Origin: an uncultured delta proteobacterium
GTDB lineage: Bacteria; Desulfobacterota; Binatia; UBA9968
Reading direction: 5' to 3'
Length of the DNA stretch: 64,000 bases
NCBI GenBank assembly: GCA_963727625.1
Contig: CAVSHR010000012.1
Coordinates: forward strand, 160,001 to 224,000
The notes under the pieces were generated by a model. It was not told the DNA's origin, ran no database searches, and saw only the letters and a list, made by a program, of their open reading frames with translations. The position numbers and the translations under genes were made by a program. This document shows positions 28,065 through 36,978 of the stretch, piece by piece (position 1 is the first letter of the stretch; every line of letters starts with the position of its first letter).

Positions 28065-29360
28065 ATGCCCAGCGAAACCAAAAGTCTCAAGTTCCTCGTA
28101 CGTGCTCTGGGCTCAAGAAATTTCCGCCTGTTCTTCTTCGGCCAAGCCGTGTCGTTGATCGGCACCTGGATGCAACTCATCGCCATGCGCTGGCTGGTCT
28201 ACCGCTTGACCAAGTCCGAGCTGATGTTGGGCATGGTGGCATTTATCAGCGACAGCCCGCTGTTTTTGCTCGTGCCGTTTGCCGGGGTTTTGGCCGACCG
28301 CCTCAAGCGTCACCGCATCATGGTCGTCACCCAGGCGCTCTCGGCGCTTCAGGCGGCGATCTTGGCGCTGCTCGTCTTCACCGACCAGGTCGCGGTCTGG
28401 CATGTGTTGGTGCTTGGCGGGTTGCTCGGCGTGGTCAGCGCGTTCGACATCACCGCGCGCCAAGCGTTTATCGTCGACATCATCGAAGAAAGAGAGGACC
28501 TGCCTAACGCCATCGCGTTGAATTCTTTTATTTTCAATGGCGCGCTGCTGATCGGTCCCGCCGTCGCCGGCATCCTGATCGCCCTGGTCGGCGAAGGACC
28601 CTGCTTCGCCCTGAATAGCCTAAGTTACCTCGCCGTCCTGGGCGCGCTCTTCCTGATGAAGATTCCGCCGAAGACTTTTTCCGCCAGCCCGCTCGATATC
28701 AAAGCAGCGATCGTCGAAGGCGCCGCCTACACGTTCGCATCCGTGCCCATTCGATCTATTTTGATCCTCGTCGCCTCGGTCAGTCTCGTCGCCGCCTCCT
28801 ACACGCTGCTCATGCCGGTGTTCGCCGAAGACATCCTGCAAGGCGGCCCGCGCGTCTACGGCTATCTCATGTCCGCCACCGGCGTGGGGGCGCTGATGGG
28901 CGCGGTATTTCTCGCTTCGCGCCACCGCCTCAAGGGCCTGGCGGAAATGATCGCCGGCGCCGGCGTGCTCTACGGCGTCGGCTTTTTCGCCCTGTCCTTC
29001 TCGCGCTTGCTGCCGATCGCTTTGATCATCGCCCTGGTACTGGGCTTTTCCTTGATGATGCAGATGGCGTCGAGCAATACCATCGTTCAGAGCATGGTCG
29101 ACGACCAGAAACGCGGCCGGGTGCTGAGCCTGTTCGTGATGGCGCGCCGCGGCATCGAGGCCTTGGGCAGCCTGTTGTTCGGCGCCATCGCCAACTGGGT
29201 CGGCACCCCCAAAACTCTGATGATCGGCGGCGCTGTCTGTCTCGTCGCCGTGGCGGCTTTTGCCACCAAGCTTTCATCGATACGCCAAGCCAGCCACTCC
29301 TTCGATGACCATAAGACCGGGACGGCCCAGGCAAAGCCGCGAGAGCATGAAGCAATCTAG
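28065..29360 (+). CDS. MFS transporter
   Basis: NFRLFF.GQ.VS.IGTWMQ; G..ADR; about 12 TM segments. Confidence 0.9.
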   Translation: MPSETKSLKFLVRALGSRNFRLFFFGQAVSLIGTWMQLIAMRWLVYRLTKSELMLGMVAFISDSPLFLLVPFAGVLADRLKRHRIMVVTQALSALQAAILALLVFTDQVAVWHVLVLGGLLGVVSAFDITARQAFIVDIIEEREDLPNAIALNSFIFNGALLIGPAVAGILIALVGEGPCFALNSLSYLAVLGALFLMKIPPKTFSASPLDIKAAIVEGAAYTFASVPIRSILILVASVSLVAASYTLLMPVFAEDILQGGPRVYGYLMSATGVGALMGAVFLASRHRLKGLAEMIAGAGVLYGVGFFALSFSRLLPIALIIALVLGFSLMMQMASSNTIVQSMVDDQKRGRVLSLFVMARRGIEALGSLLFGAIANWVGTPKTLMIGGAVCLVAVAAFATKLSSIRQASHSFDDHKTGTAQAKPREHEAI

Positions 29361-29445
29361 CCCGCCGCATCAACCTCGGCGGGCCTGTGAATACGGACTT
29401 ACGACAGAGAAGCCGCGCAGGAGGAACTCCGTGTATGACTTTGGA

Positions 29446-29844
29446 TCATCTGGCAGGCCGCGCCAGGGTCCGGATGTAATCGACTAAGTCTTGGATCTGG
29501 TCGTCTTTGAGAATCCCCTTCCACGCCGGCATAAACGAGGATAGGCCCATCGCGCTGCCGCCCTTCGTAATGACATCGCGCAGAAAATCATCGCTGCGCG
29601 ATTTCATCAGGGCGCTATTGGTGTGATCGGCCGGGTGCACAGGGAGCGATCGCGCGCCGACCCCATCTCCTTTGCCCGACTCGCCGTGGCACGGCGTGCA
29701 GTTCTGTCGATAGATGGGTTTACCCCGTTCGCTGTCAGCGTGAGCCACTGAACAGAGCAAGAGCAAAACCGCGGCAATGATCAAAATGTACAAGGTATTG
29801 ATCCTCGTTCGGTCGAGCCCATCGATCGTATGGATTGAAAACAT
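29446..29844 (-). CDS. class I monoheme cytochrome c
   Basis: Signal peptide; CTPCHG..GKGDG; MPAW. Confidence 0.88.
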   Translation of the reverse strand: MFSIHTIDGLDRTRINTLYILIIAAVLLLLCSVAHADSERGKPIYRQNCTPCHGESGKGDGVGARSLPVHPADHTNSALMKSRSDDFLRDVITKGGSAMGLSSFMPAWKGILKDDQIQDLVDYIRTLARPAR

Positions 29845-29896
29845 TTTTCACCCTATGCTAAGGCATCGTAATCAAATTTGCTGAAAAGGCGCACCG

Positions 29897-30403
29897 ATGA
29901 ATTGGATATCTGCTCTTTTTACGTTCGTTGCAACAGTTTTCATTGTGCTTCCGCTTCCCTCCGCTCGCGCTGAAACCGAAGCCCAATTAATCGCGCGCGG
30001 CCGCTACATCGCCACGGCGATTCAAGGCTGCGGCTGCCACACCCGGGAAAAACGCGGCGGCGGTAAAGATGAGAATTGGCATTATGCCGGGTCGCCCAAT
30101 CCCGCGCCTCCCGCCGGTCCGCCGGCCAACGCCGGCTGGTCCTCTCCCCGCTGGAAGAAAATTTACGCGCGGAACATCACGCCCGATCCCGAGACCGGCA
30201 TCGGCAAATGGAGCGAGGCTGATTTCATTAGGGCAATGAGAACCGGCCTGACGCCGGATGGACGCGTGCTTGACACGCAAATGCCCTGGAACGCGTTTCA
30301 AAAAATCACCGACCGCGATCTAAAGTCGCTGTGGGCGTATCTCAAAACGATCAAGCCGGTCAAGAATACTCCGCCGAAAAATATCCGGGACGATCGGAAA
30401 TAA
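29897..30403 (+). CDS. c-type cytochrome-like protein with contracted CGCH motif
   Basis: Signal peptide; ARG.Y; GCGCHT; NITPDPETGIG.WS; MPW. Confidence 0.8.
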   Translation: MNWISALFTFVATVFIVLPLPSARAETEAQLIARGRYIATAIQGCGCHTREKRGGGKDENWHYAGSPNPAPPAGPPANAGWSSPRWKKIYARNITPDPETGIGKWSEADFIRAMRTGLTPDGRVLDTQMPWNAFQKITDRDLKSLWAYLKTIKPVKNTPPKNIRDDRK

Positions 30404-30412
30404 CTGGAGCCA

Positions 30413-30952
30413 ATGATGAAACCACGGCATTTACTCTTGCTGGCGCTCGGCGCATTGAGCCTGATCGGCGCCGCCTGCGCGCTCAACTCCACTCAGGAAA
30501 AAATCCCTGTCGATTGGGAACAAACAAGCTATATCGCGCGCGGCGACTATTTGGTCAATTATCTCGGCCACTGCGTTGGCTGCCACACGCCATTGGGTCC
30601 TAACCATCAATTAAACATGAGCCTCTTTCTTTCCGGCGTCCCGGCAAAATTCGCCGGCGCCAAAGCCGGCCCACCTCAAGTGACCGGCTTTCCCGGACCG
30701 CGCGGCTCGCGCGTCTACGCCAAAAACCTGACGCCCGACCCCGAAACCGGCATTGGCCGCTGGACCGAAGACCAGTTCGTCCAGACATTCAAAACCGGCG
30801 TCCGACCCGACGGCGTCAAATATCGTCTCTCGCCGATGGAATGGAACATCTACGCGAACATGAAAGAAGCAGATGTCCGCGCCATCTACCGTTTTCTCCG
30901 AACCGTAAAACCGATATCGAACCGAGTGCCGGCGAACATTCCGCCAAAATAG
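30413..30952 (+). CDS. c-type cytochrome, probable lipoprotein
   Basis: GAAC lipobox-like signal; CVGCHT; NLTPDPETGIG.WT; paralogue of the upstream gene. Confidence 0.85.
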   Translation: MMKPRHLLLLALGALSLIGAACALNSTQEKIPVDWEQTSYIARGDYLVNYLGHCVGCHTPLGPNHQLNMSLFLSGVPAKFAGAKAGPPQVTGFPGPRGSRVYAKNLTPDPETGIGRWTEDQFVQTFKTGVRPDGVKYRLSPMEWNIYANMKEADVRAIYRFLRTVKPISNRVPANIPPK

Positions 30953-31247
30953 CGGCATTGTACAATCCGTATCGAGATGAGCTAAACTCCCTGTGAAAAT
31001 CGCTGCGACAAGTTAAAATTGCGGGGCGAAGATTCCTCCCGACGGACTGCTCCCGTTCTTGCAGAATCAATTCCAAACTGACAGGCTAACAACAAGATTT
31101 TTCAAACGTACGATAAACTGGATATCAGAAAATCGAAAAAATCGAGCTCATGAAGCGAGCTAAATCGGTAATTTCGGTTTTGACTTTCTGCTTCCAAACC
31201 AATTGATTTGTTTCGAGCTTCGAAGTTCAAATTCTGATAGTTTTGTC

Positions 31248-32930
31248 ATGGCCGCTGAACCCAACAAAATCATCTATTCGATGGTCGGCGTCAGCAAGTA
31301 TTACGACAAGCGCGCCGTCCTTAAAGATATTTACCTATCTTATTTCTACGGCGCCAAGATCGGCGTGATCGGTCTCAACGGCTCGGGCAAGTCGTCGCTC
31401 CTGCGCATCCTGGCGGGCGTGGATAAGGAGATCAACGGCGAGGCGGTGCTCTCGCCGGGCTATACCGTCGGCTATCTGGAGCAGGAGCCGTTAATCGACG
31501 ACTCGCGCACCGTGCGTGATGTCGTCGAGGAAGCCGTCCAAGACACCGTCAGTCTGCTCAAAGAGTTCGAAGAGATCAACGCCAAGTTTGCCGAAGAGAT
31601 GTCCGACGACGACATGAACAAGCTGCTTGAGCGGCAGGGCGAAGTGCAGGAGAAGCTCGATCATCTCGACGCTTGGGATCTCGACTCGCGGCTGGAGATG
31701 GCCATGGATGCGCTGCGCTGCCCGCCGTCGGACACGCCGGTAAAAATATTGTCCGGCGGCGAACGCCGCCGAGTCGCGCTCTGCCGTTTGCTGCTGCAAA
31801 AGCCCGATATTCTTTTGCTCGATGAGCCGACCAATCACCTCGACGCCGAGTCGGTTGCGTGGCTCGAACATCATTTACAGAGTTATCCGGGCACGGTCAT
31901 TGCCGTCACTCATGATCGTTATTTTCTCGACAATGTTGCGGGCTGGATCCTGGAATTGGATCGCGGCCAAGGCATTCCGTTCAAAGGAAACTACACGTCC
32001 TGGCTGGAACAGAAGCAGGAGAGGCTGCGCCACGAAGAAAAGTCGGAAAGCGAACGGCAGAAAACTCTCGAACGCGAGCTCGAATGGATTCGTATGTCAC
32101 CATCGGCGCGGCGCGCCAAAGGCAAGGCGCGCATCACGGCGTACGAAGCATTGCTCGACCAGGAGGCGCAGAAGCGGCGCGAAGATTTGGAGATTCCCAT
32201 TCCGCCGGGGCCGCGTCTGGGCAACGTCGTGATCGAAGCGGAAGGCGTCAGTAAAGCCTACGGTGACAACCTGCTGGTGGACGACATGACGTTCAAACTT
32301 CCTCCCGGCGGTATCGTCGGCGTGATCGGCCCCAACGGCGCGGGCAAGACAACCTTGTTCCGCATGGTCGTCGGGCAGGAGAAGCCTGACAGCGGCAAGA
32401 TTCGCATCGGCGAGACGGTCGCCCTGGGATACGTCGATCAGAGCCGCACTCTCGATCCCAAAAAATCGATCTGGGAAGAGATCAGCGGCGGCACGGATCT
32501 GTTAAAGATCGGCACGCGCGAGGTCAACTCTCGTGCCTACGTCGCCCGCTTCAATTTTTCCGGCACGGACCAGCAAAAGAAGGTCGGAGCGCTCTCCGGC
32601 GGCGAGCGCAACCGCGTTCATCTGGCGAAGATGTTGAAGGAAGGCGCCAACGTTTTGCTGCTCGACGAGCCGACCAACGACCTGGACGTGAACACCCTGC
32701 GCGCGCTCGAAGAAGCGCTGGAAAATTTCGCCGGTTGCGCGGTGGTGATCTCCCACGATCGCTGGTTTCTCGACCGCATTGCGACCCACATCCTCGCCTT
32801 CGAAGGCGACAGCAAAGTCGTCTGGTTCGACGGCAACTATTCCGAATACGAAGCCGACCGCAAGAACCGTCTCGGCGAAGCCGCGGCGCAACCGCACCGA
32901 ATCAAATACCGCCGCTTGACGCGTGTTTGA
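31248..32930 (+). CDS. ettA: energy-dependent translational throttle ABC-F protein
   Basis: [18 protein letters not shown]; two ABC domains; ELEWIR; HRIKY tail. Confidence 0.96.
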   Translation: MAAEPNKIIYSMVGVSKYYDKRAVLKDIYLSYFYGAKIGVIGLNGSGKSSLLRILAGVDKEINGEAVLSPGYTVGYLEQEPLIDDSRTVRDVVEEAVQDTVSLLKEFEEINAKFAEEMSDDDMNKLLERQGEVQEKLDHLDAWDLDSRLEMAMDALRCPPSDTPVKILSGGERRRVALCRLLLQKPDILLLDEPTNHLDAESVAWLEHHLQSYPGTVIAVTHDRYFLDNVAGWILELDRGQGIPFKGNYTSWLEQKQERLRHEEKSESERQKTLERELEWIRMSPSARRAKGKARITAYEALLDQEAQKRREDLEIPIPPGPRLGNVVIEAEGVSKAYGDNLLVDDMTFKLPPGGIVGVIGPNGAGKTTLFRMVVGQEKPDSGKIRIGETVALGYVDQSRTLDPKKSIWEEISGGTDLLKIGTREVNSRAYVARFNFSGTDQQKKVGALSGGERNRVHLAKMLKEGANVLLLDEPTNDLDVNTLRALEEALENFAGCAVVISHDRWFLDRIATHILAFEGDSKVVWFDGNYSEYEADRKNRLGEAAAQPHRIKYRRLTRV

Positions 32931-32972
32931 CGGTATTTCGATCCCGAACACGGCAGGTTCCCCGCCCCGCGC

Positions 32973-33470
32973 TCACGGCTTGGTCTTCACTTGCTCGGCG
33001 CACCAGGAAAGCATTTCGATCTGCGGCATGGTTTCCACCGTCGACCCTGCGCGGGAGACCGCGCTTTCCGCCTCGTCGATCGGTTCGCCCAAAGCAAGAA
33101 GCACGGAGACGGCCAGCATCGCGGTTCGGCCGACACCGCCCGCGCAATGAATCAGCACCGCTTCCCCCGACTCCAATCGATTTGCGACATCGTTCGCAAG
33201 CGCCCAGAAGCCATCGCGGTCTGCGGGCACGCCGCCTTCACGAATTTCAAAAGGCAGGACCGAGCAGGGAACGGTCCCAGTTTCCAGGGCTTCTGCGTAT
33301 TGAGAGGATTTCAGGCGAATTTCGTATTCTTCCGTTAAACATACGATCGCCCCGACCGCATCGCTCCGCAGCTGATGCCAAACCTTCTCGATCGTTTCAA
33401 AGCGGCCCGGCATGCTGTGCAGCAGCAGTCTTCCGGAAATCCGCGCGGGAAGATCGACACCACGAAACAT
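32973..33470 (-). CDS. dual-specificity/protein-tyrosine phosphatase family protein
   Basis: HCAGGVGRT (CX5R); VET..Q. Confidence 0.85.
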   Translation of the reverse strand: MFRGVDLPARISGRLLLHSMPGRFETIEKVWHQLRSDAVGAIVCLTEEYEIRLKSSQYAEALETGTVPCSVLPFEIREGGVPADRDGFWALANDVANRLESGEAVLIHCAGGVGRTAMLAVSVLLALGEPIDEAESAVSRAGSTVETMPQIEMLSWCAEQVKTKP

Positions 33471-34000
33471 CCTTGTCTTCCTTGTGTGCAAGCAACTGAT
33501 CGTTGCGCTTCAGAAATTTATTCCGGCGGTTGCAGGTGATTTAAAATTTGGGACGAACAGACGATAATCGCGTTTGATCATTTTTATCTTCACGTTCCTC
33601 CATCTGCCTACCTAGCAGACGCCATCGTGGCGCGACAAGACTTGTACCGATGAACTCGCCCGGCGATCGTTCGCGCACGCCATGGGTTTTCCAATTAGAT
33701 CTTGAATTTTTTGAAACCTACTCGACGGGCAATATTCAACGCCCGTAAACTTCATACCAGAGCGAAGGGCAGCTGGTCAGCGAAGTGAAAAAGCCGTCGA
33801 AGCCGCCGTTTCATTAACCCGCATTTAATCATCGGATCAAATCTTTATGGCCGTGATTTGCTATCATTGCAACAACGTCTATTCTGGATTATCACACTCG
33901 ATTTTTTTTCTGTGACACGAGTGGAACGCAAGCGATCAGCTGACGGCCGGCAGGTAAAGCAGAGTGCCGCAATGGGCCGGGATCACTGAACCCAATAAGC

Positions 34001-34546
34001 ATGTTGCCTGAGATTGTGACTTTGATCGCGGCGATCACCGGACTCGTGGCGGCCACCGGTGGTGTTTGGGCCGCCCGCACTGCCTATCGATCGGCAGTTG
34101 CCGCGCAGGAGGCAGTCAGACAATCGGAAAAAAACGATCGCCGCGGTCTCCTTAGATCTCTGAACAGGACCGCGCATCGCGATGTCACTGAGACTTTACA
34201 GATCGGTTCGCTCGTCGAAGACCTGAAGACCGAGTACCGCTTGCTGGCGGCTTCCTCCGGGCAAGCGGGCGGTTCGAGAGAGAAATTGCTCGTCCAACAG
34301 GCGGAGACCAAGCAGAAGGAAGTCACGCCATTGCAGGATGAAGCAATAAAACTGATCGAAAAGCGGGCGCAACTCGGTGGCGATGCTTCAGAAGAGGATT
34401 TGACGCTGTCGCTGAGCAATCTCGACGGTTATCTCATCCAGGTTCTGCGGATAAGAAATAGCCTCGAGAGAGAACTCGCCGCAACGACCGGCGACAACCG
34501 GATCCAAAGTGAACGCCGCCCCAAGGCTTTTCACCAGCGGCGATGA
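34001..34546 (+). CDS. hypothetical membrane-anchored coiled-coil protein
   Basis: N-terminal hydrophobic helix followed by charged helical sequence. Confidence 0.55.
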   Translation: MLPEIVTLIAAITGLVAATGGVWAARTAYRSAVAAQEAVRQSEKNDRRGLLRSLNRTAHRDVTETLQIGSLVEDLKTEYRLLAASSGQAGGSREKLLVQQAETKQKEVTPLQDEAIKLIEKRAQLGGDASEEDLTLSLSNLDGYLIQVLRIRNSLERELAATTGDNRIQSERRPKAFHQRR

Positions 34547-34667
34547 GCCGTTTCGGGGAAAGCCCGGGAACGACTCCCGACCCCGTTCGGCGCCGCGCTC
34601 CAGTCTCTCGCCAGCCGCAGTATTATTTTTGACGTCTTGGACGATTGACCTTAAACTAACACCCCCT

Positions 34668-35681
34668 CTAGGGCAGCGGACACTCCGGCGTCAGCCGTTT
34701 GATCTGCGGGATGACCTCCTTGCCGAAGCGCTCGATCGTCTCCAGGGTAAAGCGCGGGTCCATCCCCGGCCAGTCCACCATGAACCACATAACCTCTGTG
34801 CCGAACTCTTCGTGATAGGACATCACCTGCTCGACCACTTCGGCCGGGCTGCCGAGGATCAGGCGGTCGCGCTTCAATTCATCGAAATTGAGATCGTAAC
34901 GCTCCCCCGGCTGCCCCCATTGCTGGTAGCGTCGATAGCGCCGCTCGTAGCCTTCCTTGATGCGGTCCTCCGCTTCGCGGGTCGTGTCGGCGATGCAGAG
35001 ATCGCGAAAGATAAACAGCCCGCGATAGGACTTTCCCTGCCGTGCCAGCGCCGCTTTGTACGCCGGCAACGCTTCGCGCAGAAACCCCTTCGAGTGGCGC
35101 CGGCTGGCGATCCAGTGGTCGGCAACCTCCGGCACTCGGGCAACGGTTTTCGCCGCATCTGCGCCCATCAAGATCGGCGGGCCCGGCCGCTGCGCCGGCC
35201 TGGGCAGGCTGGTTACCTTATCGAGATGGAAATGCTCGCCATGGAAGGTGACCGCCTCCCCCGTCCAGAGCTTGCGTATCACCTCGAGCCCCTCGACCAA
35301 CCGGCTCCTGCGCTCCCGCTTATCGATGCCGAAGGAATCGAATTCGTTGTCTCTGTAGCCCTGGCCGACACCGAAGAGCACTTTGCCGCCGGAGAGATTG
35401 TCCAGCGTGGAGATATATTCAGCGACCATCACCGGGTGGTGCAGCGGCAGGAGAAAGATCGAGGTACCGAGGTACATGCCCGGCACCTGGCCGGCGAGAT
35501 AAGCGAGCAAGGGAATCGACTGCAAGATCGCCGCGTCCGGGCCGGTGAGATAATGTTGCGCGACGAACAAGGCTTCGTAGTTGTTCTTGTAAGCGACCTG
35601 CGCCCGCTGAGAGACCTGCTCGCAAACTTCCGCCGGATCCAAGTCCGACGGATAACTGCCAAACTCAATGCCGAATCGCAT
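34668..35681 (-). CDS. LLM class flavin-dependent oxidoreductase
   Basis: LLPL.HP..VAE...TLD.LSGG; G.GYR..EF; GSP.EV. Confidence 0.9.
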   Translation of the reverse strand: MRFGIEFGSYPSDLDPAEVCEQVSQRAQVAYKNNYEALFVAQHYLTGPDAAILQSIPLLAYLAGQVPGMYLGTSIFLLPLHHPVMVAEYISTLDNLSGGKVLFGVGQGYRDNEFDSFGIDKRERRSRLVEGLEVIRKLWTGEAVTFHGEHFHLDKVTSLPRPAQRPGPPILMGADAAKTVARVPEVADHWIASRRHSKGFLREALPAYKAALARQGKSYRGLFIFRDLCIADTTREAEDRIKEGYERRYRRYQQWGQPGERYDLNFDELKRDRLILGSPAEVVEQVMSYHEEFGTEVMWFMVDWPGMDPRFTLETIERFGKEVIPQIKRLTPECPLP

Positions 35682-35866
35682 TCCTGCTCCTCTCCGGATT
35701 CAAAGTAAAGCTTAATCTAAATTGGTCGCGCGCTTAGCCTCGGCGACGACCCGATCGCCCAAAAGGCAGCCAGGCGGGGAAACTCGATAGTGCAGAACAC
35801 GACGAGATCATTGGACACCTTCGCCCCACACTCCCTTTCCACCGGCTGAATCCGAGTTGGATTGGC

Positions 35867-36868
35867 TTACTTACTCCCGATTCCCAGCTCAGCCTGCGCT
35901 TCTTTCAACAAGGAGAAATCGACGAGCTTCGAGATCGGCGGCGGCTCCTTCAAGTTTAACGGTGCAGCGACCGTTTGTTCGATGTTTCTCCGTAGAGACT
36001 CGTCGCTGGCACCGCCGGGATCGTTCCGGTCAATGGCCTTCAGCGTTACCGCAAGAGCTTCTTCCACGACTTCGCGCGGATATTTGAACTCCGCATGCGC
36101 AATCCGAATCGTGTCCGCTTTGTTATTGACCATATGCAGCAAGCTTTTGGCCATGGCGCGGCTCCAGCGCTTGATCTTGGCGCGTTCCTGGGAAAGCTTG
36201 GCCGTAGAGCTTGCGTATCCGCCCCACGGCCAGGGTCCGTAGTCGGCGAGAACCGCCAGCACGTTAAATCCCTGTTTCTTCATTACGAACGCTGCGTCGG
36301 GGTTAAACGGCCTGGCCTGGATGACTCCTTGCTGCATGGCGAGCATGGCTGTTTCAGCGCCGCCGGATAAGAAAAACCTGACATCGCTTTTGGGATTCAA
36401 ACCGTGATGCTCGAGGACCATGGAAGCGGCGATCTCGGTGCTGCTGCCCGGCGCGCTATTGCCGATGACCTTTCCCTTGAGGTCCTGCACGGTTTTGATG
36501 TCCGGAGCGCCCATCAGAACGAACGTCGACCTTTGATAAGGGAAGAAGATCGCCCTAAGGGGCGCCCCACGGGCAGCGGCTCTCATCGCGCCGCCGGCTG
36601 ATGCCGCTACGTCGAGCTCCCCCGCGATCAACGCGGACGTGGCGACGTTGGACCGAACCTGAATCCACTGGAGATCGAGATTCTCTGCACCAAAGTAGCC
36701 CGCGCGTATGCCGACGAAAAGCGGCAGATAACCGAAATCCCTGGTGGTTAAACCGACCCGCATTCTCTCCGCCGCCGCGGCATGCGCGATAGCAGCCCAA
36801 GGGTTAACGATGACAGCCGCCAACGCCAAAACAAATACAGCGCGCCTTAAGGAACGAAAATGGGTCAC
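35867..36868 (-). CDS. ABC transporter substrate-binding protein (NMT1/SsuA-like), no cognate permease nearby
   Basis: Signal peptide; GYF..E.L; AL.AGE.D; DLKGK.IG..APGS. Confidence 0.85.
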   Translation of the reverse strand: MTHFRSLRRAVFVLALAAVIVNPWAAIAHAAAAERMRVGLTTRDFGYLPLFVGIRAGYFGAENLDLQWIQVRSNVATSALIAGELDVAASAGGAMRAAARGAPLRAIFFPYQRSTFVLMGAPDIKTVQDLKGKVIGNSAPGSSTEIAASMVLEHHGLNPKSDVRFFLSGGAETAMLAMQQGVIQARPFNPDAAFVMKKQGFNVLAVLADYGPWPWGGYASSTAKLSQERAKIKRWSRAMAKSLLHMVNNKADTIRIAHAEFKYPREVVEEALAVTLKAIDRNDPGGASDESLRRNIEQTVAAPLNLKEPPPISKLVDFSLLKEAQAELGIGSK

Positions 36869-36978
36869 GATTGCGATCCTCCCCCTGGATTATCCAGCGC
36901 CTGGTTCGCCTATACCATCCTTGCGCTGGATAAAATAGCCCGGTTGAAATTCACCCGACTGTTGTCTAACAAGATTGT

